The notes under the pieces: generated by a model
Databases searched by the model: none
The model's input: only the letters and a program-made list of their open reading frames with translations
Told to the model about the DNA's origin: nothing
Source: a virus
Length of the DNA stretch: 43,376 bases
Strand: one strand, 5' to 3'
Virus record (IMG/VR): IMGVR_UViG_3300009838_000005
Part shown: piece after piece, positions 25,895 through 32,482 of the stretch
How positions within the stretch are numbered: position 1 is the stretch's first letter
How the letters are laid out: the number at the start of each line of letters is the position of its first letter
Program-made: the position numbers and the translations under genes

Positions 25895-26126
25895 CGCTGG
25901 GCTCCGTAAGGGGGAGGACAAGATACGAGACAGGCGTATTTATATCTTGTCGGACAAATCCAACTTCCGGCCAGCTTCGCAGCATGGCGAGGCAGGCGGC
26001 GCGGGCAATACTAAGCGCATACTCCCGGTCATCCTCGCCAAGTTTTTCCCATCTATGCCCCATGACAATGCAGACATCTTGAGCCGCCTCTTTCAGCGCC
26101 TCGGGCGGGATGGTGATGTTAGTCAT
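25881..26126 (-). CDS. Hypothetical protein, LPLTEP paralogue 1 (81 aa)
   Basis: MTNITIPPEALKEAAQ...LVLPLTEPSDADK. The ATG 26126 start forms an ATGA overlap with the upstream micro-ORF. Confidence 0.5.
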   Translation of the reverse strand: MTNITIPPEALKEAAQDVCIVMGHRWEKLGEDDREYALSIARAACLAMLRSWPEVGFVRQDINTPVSYLVLPLTEPSDADK

Positions 26127-26206
26127 GGGCTCCTCCAAACAACGAACATAAACCCTGCGGTCATGCAGATTATGAATGTCATGACTATGATACCCTCCTC
26201 ACTCAT
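26123..26206 (-). CDS. Hydrophobic micro-ORF (27 aa), tentative
   Basis: MSEEGIIVMTFIICMTAGFMFVVWRSP. It exactly bridges two genes, with a TGATG overlap at its start and an ATGA overlap at its stop. Confidence 0.3.
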   Translation of the reverse strand: MSEEGIIVMTFIICMTAGFMFVVWRSP

Positions 26207-26469
26207 CACTCACCTCCCTTCTCTGGCGCGGCCTGTGCGGGGGAGAGGGCTTCGCGGGCTAACTGGCGCACCTCAAACGGTGTCGGTTCCCACCTGTTGG
26301 GAGCACCCCACGCGGGGGCATCAGCGATTTGTCGCAACACCGCCTCCAGTTCCTTCACGCGGGCGGTGAGGCTGGTGACTTCATTGCCAAGAATGACAAT
26401 GCTTGCGTCACGGTCATCCAAATGCTTTCTGAGTTCCCATGCTGGCATCATGTCAGGTGTTAGACTCAT
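26206..26469 (-). CDS. Coiled-coil paralogue family member C (87 aa)
   Basis: It has one LTARVKELEAVL motif and the shared C-terminal ALSPAQ block. Confidence 0.55.
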   Translation of the reverse strand: MSLTPDMMPAWELRKHLDDRDASIVILGNEVTSLTARVKELEAVLRQIADAPAWGAPNRWEPTPFEVRQLAREALSPAQAAPEKGGE

Positions 26470-26801
26470 AACTTGTCTCCGTCAGGCTGTGCGGGGGAGA
26501 GGGCGGCGCGGGGATCACCGTGGAGAGCTATAGCGGCAACCATTACAGGATCACCCCTGCCCGTCAGCACGCAGTCTAGCGCCGCCTCCAGTTTCGCCAC
26601 GCGGGCGGTGAGGCTGGATACGTTGTAGTTTTCACTGGCAAAGTCCAGGTGGGCAGCGTCTAGCGCCGCCTCCAGTTCCTCCACGCGGGCGGTGAGGGTT
26701 ATAATCTCTTGCACCTTTTCTTGATACTGCCTCTCGCATTCAGCGCGGGCTGCGGTGAGGGATTCATATTTCTCGACATATTCAAACGATACGACAGGCA
26801 T
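26466..26801 (-). CDS. Coiled-coil paralogue family member B (111 aa)
   Basis: It has two motifs (LTARVEELEAAL and LTARVAKLEAAL) and the C-terminal AALSPAQ block. Confidence 0.55.
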   Translation of the reverse strand: MPVVSFEYVEKYESLTAARAECERQYQEKVQEIITLTARVEELEAALDAAHLDFASENYNVSSLTARVAKLEAALDCVLTGRGDPVMVAAIALHGDPRAALSPAQPDGDKL

Positions 26802-27332
26802 CTACTGTCCTCCTGTAGGTGCGGGGGAGAGGGCGGCGCGGGCGATGGTAAAAGCCTCGCACAAGGCGGCATTGCAAGCACAGACGTCATCGTGATCATA
26901 GTTGCTTGGGTTCAGTTCGCCGGGCAGGTCAAAGATTGCTTGCAGCGGCGCCTCCAGCTCCTTCACGCGTGCGGTGAGACGGAGGTTGTCTAGTTGCAGT
27001 GACAGGTTTTGATCTACCAGTTCCAAGGGGTAATAGATTGACCATGCTATTCCTGCGGACAGCGCAACCGCGCTCGTGACCTCATGATTAGGCCGCGAAA
27101 TCCATGCGGACTTTTCATCAAGCACGCGCTCGACGGCCTTATAGATTGGCGAACCGCAATCCGCTGCCGTGATGATGGCTTGCAGCCTCTCCACCTCTGC
27201 GGTGAGGCGCGTTAAGGTGTCTGCAGCTTCGGCGCATGTACACCCGGAGCGAACGTCCATTACCTTGCAACGGTCGTCGCAGCATTCAATGCACGGGTCT
27301 CCGCGCCGCAGCCTCTCCACTAAGTCACTCAT
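26802..27332 (-). CDS. Cys-rich plus coiled-coil paralogue family member A (176 aa)
   Basis: GAGAGGA RBS before ATG 27332 (MSDLVERLRRGDPCIECCDDRC...). Motifs are LTAEVERLQAII, LTARVKELEAPL and C-terminal AALSPAP. The upstream part of the 267-aa ORF is an Arg/Gly/Cys-rich shadow. Confidence 0.55.
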   Translation of the reverse strand: MSDLVERLRRGDPCIECCDDRCKVMDVRSGCTCAEAADTLTRLTAEVERLQAIITAADCGSPIYKAVERVLDEKSAWISRPNHEVTSAVALSAGIAWSIYYPLELVDQNLSLQLDNLRLTARVKELEAPLQAIFDLPGELNPSNYDHDDVCACNAALCEAFTIARAALSPAPTGGQ

Positions 27333-27613
27333 CTGCTGTCCTCTCTGGTGCAAAATTCCTCTGGTAGGAACGGAGCGTCTGGCAGGGCCGCCCACGCATA
27401 GACACCACGCACTTCCTCGCCGCGCGGGCCGTGTGTCCACTTCTTGCGGCCCCTGTGCCAATGGGCAATGGTTACAGTTGTGCGCCATTCCGGCTTTTCG
27501 CCCCAAATGGCCGCCGCTAGCCGATCCTCTGCATCGCCACCCGTGCGGCGTGCGACCAGCACATCTCCCCACGGGCGTGTAGCGCCTTTTTTGATGTAAA
27601 CCCAACCCGTCAT
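27329..27613 (-). CDS. Hypothetical protein (94 aa)
   Basis: MTGWVYIKKGATRPWGDVLVARR... There are ATGA overlaps at both the start (27613) and the stop (27329). Confidence 0.5.
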   Translation of the reverse strand: MTGWVYIKKGATRPWGDVLVARRTGGDAEDRLAAAIWGEKPEWRTTVTIAHWHRGRKKWTHGPRGEEVRGVYAWAALPDAPFLPEEFCTREDSR

Positions 27614-27879
27614 GGTGCGGGAGCCTGCCTTCTGAGACGATGCGGTGAAGCTGTGCCGTAGCCGTTGCCGTAGCCGTTGCCGTAGCCGTAGCCGTAGCCG
27701 TTGCCGTAGCCGTTGCCGTAGCCGTTGCCGTTGCCGTAGCCGTTGCCGTTGCCGTTGCCGTAGCCGTCGCCGTAGCCGTCGCCGTAGCCGTAGCCGTCGC
27801 CGTCGCCGTAGCCGTTGCCGTAGCCGTAGCCGTAGCCGTTGCCGTCGCCGTAGCCGACTGGCCTTATAGTGGGGGCCAT
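27610..27879 (-). CDS. (Tyr/Asn/Asp)-Gly dipeptide-repeat protein (89 aa)
   Basis: MAPTIRPV-(Y/N/D G)x34-TASPHRLRRQAPAP. This frame alone has a start (TGATG) and a stop (ATGA) coupled to both neighbours. Confidence 0.5.
   Translation of the reverse strand: MAPTIRPVGYGDGNGYGYGYGNGYGDGDGYGYGDGYGDGYGNGNGNGYGNGNGYGNGYGNGYGYGYGNGYGNGYGTASPHRLRRQAPAP
27655..27858. repeat. 34 tandem hexanucleotide repeats GCCGT(A/T/C) (last unit GCCGAC)
   Basis: Counted directly. Only the last position of the + strand hexamer varies (A/T/C, never G). Confidence 0.9.
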
Positions 27880-28175
27880 CAAAGCCCCCACTCCGCAGGC
27901 ACCGGGACGCAGAAAATTTCAGCGCCTTCGGGAATGTCAACATCGGCAACGGGGCGAAGATCAGCCTTAGCTTTCTTCGGGGCGTCAATCATCGCGGCAA
28001 ACCCAAGGCTTTCCCACTTGAAGACATGCAGGGCGCGGGACAGCCGGATGCGCCCGTTCTCGCGGGTCACATCGCCAGCAAATATCCATCCACGGTCAAC
28101 CACCACCACGGCGCGGTTGCCGCTTGCCTTGTTAATCGGGGCATATTCCACGCCGTCAATAATCACGTTAGCCAT
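27879..28175 (-). CDS. Hypothetical protein (98 aa)
   Basis: MANVIIDGVEYAPINKASGNRAVVVVDRGWIFAGDV... GGAGAATGAACG precedes the ATG. This is the first gene beyond the int-proximal gap. Confidence 0.55.
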   Translation of the reverse strand: MANVIIDGVEYAPINKASGNRAVVVVDRGWIFAGDVTRENGRIRLSRALHVFKWESLGFAAMIDAPKKAKADLRPVADVDIPEGAEIFCVPVPAEWGL

Positions 28176-28205
28176 CGTTCATTCTCCTGTTGATGATTGG
28201 TTGTT

Positions 28206-28390
28206 AGGTGCGGGAGCCTCGAAAGAACCCCAAACAAATTCAATGCCGCCTTTAAACAAGGTGCAGGAGCGCAAGTCATTGACCGCGCTATGATGTTTCA
28301 GTTCAACCGGGGTCGCCATCGCTATTTTTTGTCCTTTCGTTTCAATGTCTTAATCTCAGGTGCGGGAGAGTTGGGTGTGAGGTGCGGGAG
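28206..28390. other. Candidate attP: three direct AGGTGCGGGAG repeats flanking an imperfect inverted repeat
   Basis: The 11-mer occurs at 28206-28216, 28358-28368 and 28380-28390. A core-like inverted repeat AGCGCaaGTCAtTGACcGCGCT lies at 28268-28289. The region abuts or overlaps the int 3' end. Confidence 0.35.
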
Positions 28391-29392
28391 AAATGCGTTC
28401 CCGATATGCCCCGCCGCAACCGCCGCATTCCGCCGCCTGTCAGCCTCTCGGGTGTACAGTTCAGCCTCCTCCAGTCTTGACCATCCGAACATCGCCATAA
28501 GCTGGTGCGCCGTGGCCCCGCCTTCTGCCGCAATGGTCGCCCCCGCCTTCCGCAAGCCGTGCAGACGGCCTGGAACCCCTGCCGCCACACAGGCACGCCG
28601 GAACCAGTTTCCCAACGAAGCGGCGCTCCGATAGGGCAAGAAGGCCAGTTCCCCAGGGGGCCCCGCGTCAATAGATGCTTGCAAGGCCGGGAAGATCGGG
28701 ACGTGCACCCATGCCCCGGTTTTCTGCGTCTGGATTGAGATGACGCCATCCCGCACATGCTGACGGCCAAGGATGGCCAGATCGGAGCGGCGCAAGCCGG
28801 TAAACAGCGCCAAGTCCATGCAAAGCCGTTCGCGGGTGCCAACCGGCCAACGGGCATGGAAGCGGGCGACCTCTTCCAATGTCCAAGCGTGGTGGCCATC
28901 GCTCTTGATCTTGTGGCGGGTCGCGCCTTGAACCGGGTTGACCGGCACCAGATCGACGGACACGGCCCAAGCGAACATCTGGCTCATGACCTTGCGGAAC
29001 GTGTTCCCGGCATGGGGCGGGCGGCGGTCTACGGCCTCGTTGATGTGGCGGCGGGTGATGGCGGCAAACGGCACTTGCCCCGACTCCGTGACAACCCGCT
29101 TGAGGATGTTGTCCCTCATGCGCCTTGTGGACGGCTTGAGGTTAGCCCAATGGGCGCTGCGCTTGTATGCGTCCACAAGCCATTCCAGCGTGCCCTTGTG
29201 GGCCTTGCTGGCGGGCTTCTCGGCATTGGTGAGGGCGGCAGCATAGGCGGCACGGAAACCCGGCTCAGTGGGCGCGGGAATCCTGATCCGAGGCGCATGT
29301 TGGGAGCGGCGGAAATAGTAGACCGTTTTCCCGTGACGGGTGCGCTCGATCTGGACATGCGGTGGCAATTTGCGGGGCATGGGCTGGATCAA
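28322..29392 (-). CDS. int: Tyrosine integrase (356 aa)
   Basis: The C-terminal catalytic region has LFTGLRRSDL, HGLRKAGAT and GWSRLEEAELYTREA (R...HxxR...Y). The N-terminal arm-binding-type region reads HVQIERTRHGKTVYYFR. Confidence 0.85.
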   Translation of the reverse strand: MIQPMPRKLPPHVQIERTRHGKTVYYFRRSQHAPRIRIPAPTEPGFRAAYAAALTNAEKPASKAHKGTLEWLVDAYKRSAHWANLKPSTRRMRDNILKRVVTESGQVPFAAITRRHINEAVDRRPPHAGNTFRKVMSQMFAWAVSVDLVPVNPVQGATRHKIKSDGHHAWTLEEVARFHARWPVGTRERLCMDLALFTGLRRSDLAILGRQHVRDGVISIQTQKTGAWVHVPIFPALQASIDAGPPGELAFLPYRSAASLGNWFRRACVAAGVPGRLHGLRKAGATIAAEGGATAHQLMAMFGWSRLEEAELYTREADRRRNAAVAAGHIGNAFLPHLTPNSPAPEIKTLKRKDKK

Positions 29393-29556
29393 AGTCTTAT
29401 CTCGCCCTGATAGTCAACTTGCCCCTTGGGCATCGCCACGGGAACGATGCGGATCGTCCCGTCCTGCTGGACCTCAACCGTCATGCCGTGCTCACGCGCT
29501 ACGGTCAGCGCGCGGGCCAGGTCGGCCTTGGTGAATGTCGCAGGGCGGCGGCTCAT
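29389..29556 (-). CDS. Small protein upstream of int (55 aa), possible excisionase/directionality factor
   Basis: MSRRPATFTKADLARALTVAREHGMTVEV... There is an ATGA overlap with the HNH stop, and its stop overlaps the int start. The function is inferred from position only. Confidence 0.4.
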   Translation of the reverse strand: MSRRPATFTKADLARALTVAREHGMTVEVQQDGTIRIVPVAMPKGQVDYQGEIRL

Positions 29557-29921
29557 CTCGGAATTACACTCCCGTCCATCTTTCGTTTCCATTTCGAGGC
29601 CCGCGAGCCGGGAAGCGGGTTGCGCGTGGTGCGAATACCGGAATGCTTGTCTCGCTGCCTGACTGTCTTCGCGGCTTGCGGCGTGTCGTGATTCGCCGTC
29701 TTGAAGCGATGGCATGACGGGCAAACAGCCAGGCAATTGTCAAGACTGCTGTCCCGACTATTGGCCCATAAAATTGCATGGTCAAATTCCACGCCATAGC
29801 TAAGATCAGCGCCGCAGCGGATTTGTGCAGGAAGCCCATATAGTTCACCGAATGCCTCGCATCGTTTGCCGCTGCGTTGAAGCGCCTCGCGCTTGATGGG
29901 TTTGGAAAAGGTGCGGCTCAT
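29553..29921 (-). CDS. HNH nuclease (122 aa)
   Basis: The His-Me finger reads YGVEFDHAILWANSRDSSLDNCLAVCPSCHRFKTANHD. The gene lies in the recombination module. Confidence 0.75.
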   Translation of the reverse strand: MSRTFSKPIKREALQRSGKRCEAFGELYGLPAQIRCGADLSYGVEFDHAILWANSRDSSLDNCLAVCPSCHRFKTANHDTPQAAKTVRQRDKHSGIRTTRNPLPGSRASKWKRKMDGSVIPR

Positions 29922-29923
29922 GG

Positions 29924-30199
29924 CTAAAATGGCAAATCGTCGCTCAGTTCAGCATCCGGGAACACCCGCCTGACCTCCTGCTTAATCTCCGCAGCCGGAT
30001 CGGGCCTCGCGCTGGTGCCGTCCTTGCGTTTGACGGACAGGGAAAAGAACTTGCCGCTCTTGCCTTCCTTAATCCAACCTGACAGCCAATAGTCGTGGCC
30101 ATCCACGTTGATTGACCCGTTGTAATCGGGGTGGGTGTCCTTTTCCTTGCAGTTGTTTTTGAACAGTGCGCCTCTGTTAGTATTGTCAAAGTCGGTCAT
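29924..30199 (-). CDS. Small protein ending in an SSB-type acidic tip (91 aa); minimal SSB-like protein
   Basis: The C-terminus ...AELSDDLPF mimics the conserved SSB tip (DDDIPF). The gene is adjacent to ERF. Confidence 0.45.
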   Translation of the reverse strand: MTDFDNTNRGALFKNNCKEKDTHPDYNGSINVDGHDYWLSGWIKEGKSGKFFSLSVKRKDGTSARPDPAAEIKQEVRRVFPDAELSDDLPF

Positions 30200-30618
30200 G
30201 CTGCCTCCTGTGTTTCTGCAACGGGATCAAATCCGCACACCTCGGCAAGCCTTGCCGCTGCTGCGTCAAAAAACGCCTTGAATTGGGCGCTGTCCATTTT
30301 CGCCATCGCGGCGCTGTCGGGTATCATCACCAGGCGACCGTCCATTGACTTGATCGGCGTCACGTATCCAAGATCAAGTTTCAGCGCATCGTGAAGGTGT
30401 TCGGCTGTCGGCCAAGCGTCAGTGGCAGACACTACCGTCTGGAGCATCGCCCAATAGAGCCTCAGTTGAGGCAGGGAACGGCGCTTCTTAACACTGACCT
30501 CCACATCGCTATGAACGGCGTATTGCGCCAGCAGATCGGATGCCTGGCGGGAGCGAGGCTCTAGGCCACGCTCCGTGCGCCGCAAAACGAGCGGTATCTT
30601 TTCGCGGTCAGTCTTCAC
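30196..30618 (-). CDS. Recombination-module hypothetical protein (140 aa)
   Basis: Translationally coupled between the ERF and SSB-like genes. It contains [12 protein letters not shown]. No function was assigned. Confidence 0.5.
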   Translation of the reverse strand: MKTDREKIPLVLRRTERGLEPRSRQASDLLAQYAVHSDVEVSVKKRRSLPQLRLYWAMLQTVVSATDAWPTAEHLHDALKLDLGYVTPIKSMDGRLVMIPDSAAMAKMDSAQFKAFFDAAAARLAEVCGFDPVAETQEAA

Positions 30619-31244
30619 GCCAGCACCTTCTCAAGTTCCGCCTTGCGGTCGGCATATTCAACGCGCAATTCGTCCAGCCAGTCAGCGGGCAGCTTGTCAA
30701 TCTCTGTCACGTTGTTCTTGTGCCAATCGGCCAACGCCTTGACCGTGGGGGCGCTCCTGATGGCCTTGACGAAGGCATCATATGCGCCACGGTTTGCAGC
30801 CTTGCTTGCCCCGTATGTGCCATTCACGGACGGCATGACGGCGGGCTTTTCGTGCGTGGATGCGTTCGCCGCGTTTGCATCGTCATCTTCATCGGCGCTG
30901 ATTGAGCACATGGCCGACAGTGAGTAGCGGCGGGCGTAGGTGTACGCGCTGCCCATCGTCTGCGGCTTGTCATAGGCGATGGGGTAACGGCTTTCCATCC
31001 ACTGGCCGGACTTGTGCATGAGCCGGGTGACGACGACAATTCCGCTGTCCGTGGTGTCGGTTCCCTGCACAACCGCGAGGCCGTGCTTGGTGAGCGCGGG
31101 CATTACCGTGTCACGAATACCAGCAAGATCGGCGTATTTGCTTTTGAAGTGCGGGTTGATCTTGTTCAGCGTAGCATTTTTCATCTCGGCCTGTGCGGCG
31201 GCGAGTGCGGTTGCCAATTCGTTGATGCTGTCACTCGTCTTCAT
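30615..31244 (-). CDS. erf: ERF-family single-strand annealing protein (209 aa)
   Basis: The pattern INELATALAAAQAEM..., NPHFKSKYADL, HKSGQW, QTMGSAYTYARRYSLSAMCSISADEDDDA follows P22 Erf. Confidence 0.8.
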   Translation of the reverse strand: MKTSDSINELATALAAAQAEMKNATLNKINPHFKSKYADLAGIRDTVMPALTKHGLAVVQGTDTTDSGIVVVTRLMHKSGQWMESRYPIAYDKPQTMGSAYTYARRYSLSAMCSISADEDDDANAANASTHEKPAVMPSVNGTYGASKAANRGAYDAFVKAIRSAPTVKALADWHKNNVTEIDKLPADWLDELRVEYADRKAELEKVLA

Positions 31245-31368
31245 CGTCTGTCTCCTCGCCCCATATCAGGGCTTCAATTGCATCGTTCAGGTCATAATCA
31301 GGATGGCTTTCGAGGAATGCCGCAAGCCGATCCTCAAGGCAGTTCCAGGGGGCGGGGTCGTCGTCCAT
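31231..31368 (-). CDS. Small acidic protein (45 aa)
   Basis: MDDDPAPWNCLEDRLAAFLESHPDYDLNDAIEALIWGEETDDEDE. TGATG coupling to the upstream micro-ORF. Confidence 0.4.
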   Translation of the reverse strand: MDDDPAPWNCLEDRLAAFLESHPDYDLNDAIEALIWGEETDDEDE

Positions 31369-31433
31369 CACAGTCCCGCTCCCACAATCATGAAGACAAA
31401 CAGGCCCAGGCAGATGAGATAATCGCGGGCCAT
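31368..31433 (-). CDS. Hydrophobic micro-ORF (21 aa), tentative
   Basis: MARDYLICLGLFVFMIVGAGL. Its start overlaps the upstream stop (TAATG) and its stop overlaps the downstream start (TGATG). Confidence 0.3.
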   Translation of the reverse strand: MARDYLICLGLFVFMIVGAGL

Positions 31434-31684
31434 TATCTGTCCTCCTCATACTCAGCGCGTGCGATGGCTTGTTCCATCGGGGTTTCGGGGTCAGGCGGCA
31501 TCAGCTTTTCGACGCGGGCAGCGGCAGCTTCCAAGGAAGACTTGCTAATCGCGGCACTGTTCGGGACCATCCGCTTGGCCCAGTTGTCCCATTCATCGCC
31601 TTCGTAACGGTCCAGAACGTTGCGGGCGTATTCCGCCTCATCAAGCAATTCGTTGATGGCGGTCCACAGCTTCTTGTCCATCAC
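31433..31684 (-). CDS. Hypothetical early protein (83 aa)
   Basis: Acidic helical protein in the coupled chain of the early-left operon. Confidence 0.55.
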   Translation of the reverse strand: MMDKKLWTAINELLDEAEYARNVLDRYEGDEWDNWAKRMVPNSAAISKSSLEAAAARVEKLMPPDPETPMEQAIARAEYEEDR

Positions 31685-31920
31685 GCGGCCTCCTCGTCAG
31701 CGTCAATCGGGAGAATGGTGACGGTGGAGGTGGGTGCAAGTTCGCGCTCTACAAGGTCGAAGCCAAGGGCCTCGGCAAACTTTTGAGCGTGTCTCAACGC
31801 CTCGTCAGTATAAAGCTTGGACACGCGCCCGGTTTCGGTTTTGATGACGTGAGCAGTAATCAAGTCGTTTGACGCTGCCTGTGCGTGGTAGTGTGCTTCC
31901 CACATTTCGTCGGTTTTCAC
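31681..31920 (-). CDS. Hypothetical early protein (79 aa)
   Basis: Part of the coupled chain. No motif was recognised. Confidence 0.55.
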   Translation of the reverse strand: MKTDEMWEAHYHAQAASNDLITAHVIKTETGRVSKLYTDEALRHAQKFAEALGFDLVERELAPTSTVTILPIDADEEAA

Positions 31921-32141
31921 TGTTCATCCTCCTTAGTGATTGTTCCCTGACCACCACACCAACAGCAGCGGTAATCGTATTCAGCGTCACGGCCCGAGCC
32001 TTCGCAGCGAGTGCAAATGGTCTCGCCGGGTGCCAGCGTGACGAGCGTGTAAAATGCAGTCCCGTCCACGCCCACGCCGTCATAAAGACGGGCTGTGTGG
32101 GGCGGGTCTTCTCGCAACTGCATCATGGAAACTTTGGCCAT
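31917..32141 (-). CDS. DnaJ-type zinc-finger protein (74 aa), first gene of the early-left operon
   Basis: It has two CxxCxGxG motifs (CTRCEGSG and CCWCGGQG). AAGGGAG RBS. Confidence 0.6.
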   Translation of the reverse strand: MAKVSMMQLREDPPHTARLYDGVGVDGTAFYTLVTLAPGETICTRCEGSGRDAEYDYRCCWCGGQGTITKEDEQ

Positions 32142-32168
32142 GCGGCGCTCCCTTGGTATGGGAGGACA

Positions 32169-32195
32169 TTACACTGTGTAACGGACGGGCGCAAG
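32169..32195 (-). promoter_or_regulatory. PL-like promoter/operator cassette (operator palindrome TTACACTGTGTAA at 32169-32181)
   Basis: On the - strand it reads CTTGCGCCcgTCCGTTACACAGTGTAA. This matches the + strand cassette at 32913-32939 at 25 of 27 positions. It lies 28 nt upstream of the first early-left ATG. Confidence 0.55.
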
Positions 32196-32230
32196 CAAAT
32201 TCCGTTACAATATGCAAATTTTTGCCAGAC

Positions 32231-32261
32231 AATAAAAAACCCCGGAGAACCGGGGCTTTTG
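32231..32261 (-). terminator. Rho-independent terminator ending the cI/moron transcript
   Basis: The stem is CCCCGG-agaa-CCGGGG. On the - strand it is followed by TTTTTTATT. Confidence 0.8.
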
Positions 32262-32279
32262 TCAGCGGCGGATGAGTGG

Positions 32280-32465
32280 CTAATGCAGACCGAAAAGCCG
32301 TTCCTTGATAAACCGGCCCATGAGTGACGCCATATCGGCCTCAGTTGTCCGCACAATCAAGCGGCGCACACTATCCTCGAAGGTCAACCGCACCAGGCGG
32401 TGCTTTAGCTCAAAGTCCAAATGGCATGATTTAGCGTCAAATATAGAGTTCTGAAGGTATATCAC
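32280..32465 (-). CDS. Moron-like small protein downstream of the repressor (61 aa)
   Basis: GTG start 6 nt after a G11 run. The first ~20 codons are visibly AT-richer than the rest of the genome. The terminator follows directly. Confidence 0.45.
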   Translation of the reverse strand: MIYLQNSIFDAKSCHLDFELKHRLVRLTFEDSVRRLIVRTTEADMASLMGRFIKERLFGLH

Positions 32466-32471
32466 TTGTCA

Positions 32472-32482
32472 CCCCCCCCCCC
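32472..32482. repeat. Homopolymer C11 (G11 on the coding strand)
   Basis: Counted directly from a-ccccccccc-cc-a. It lies between the repressor stop and the GTG of the moron ORF and acts as its only SD-like sequence. Confidence 0.9.

Noticed and set aside
27329-27988. An Arg/Leu/Gln-repeat reading (RLRLRQRL...) of the hexamer array on the - strand, and a Cys/Arg/Ser-repeat reading on the + strand (27645-27869).
   Set aside because: These are alternative frames of the same hexanucleotide repeat. Only the Y/N/D-G frame has a start and a stop coupled to both neighbours. Only the 3' part of this long ORF (27329-27613, from ATG 27613) was kept as a separate gene.
28179-28319. A 46-aa - strand ORF (MATPVELKHHSAVNDLRSCTLFKGGIEFVWGSFEAPAPNNQSSTGE) that fills the int-to-next-gene gap. 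Its ATG lies 2 nt after the int stop.
   Set aside because: It is kept only as a possibility. It has no SD, and it overlaps the inverted repeat and one 11-mer of the candidate attP. That 11-mer occurs in several reading frames elsewhere, so the DNA-level interpretation is preferred.
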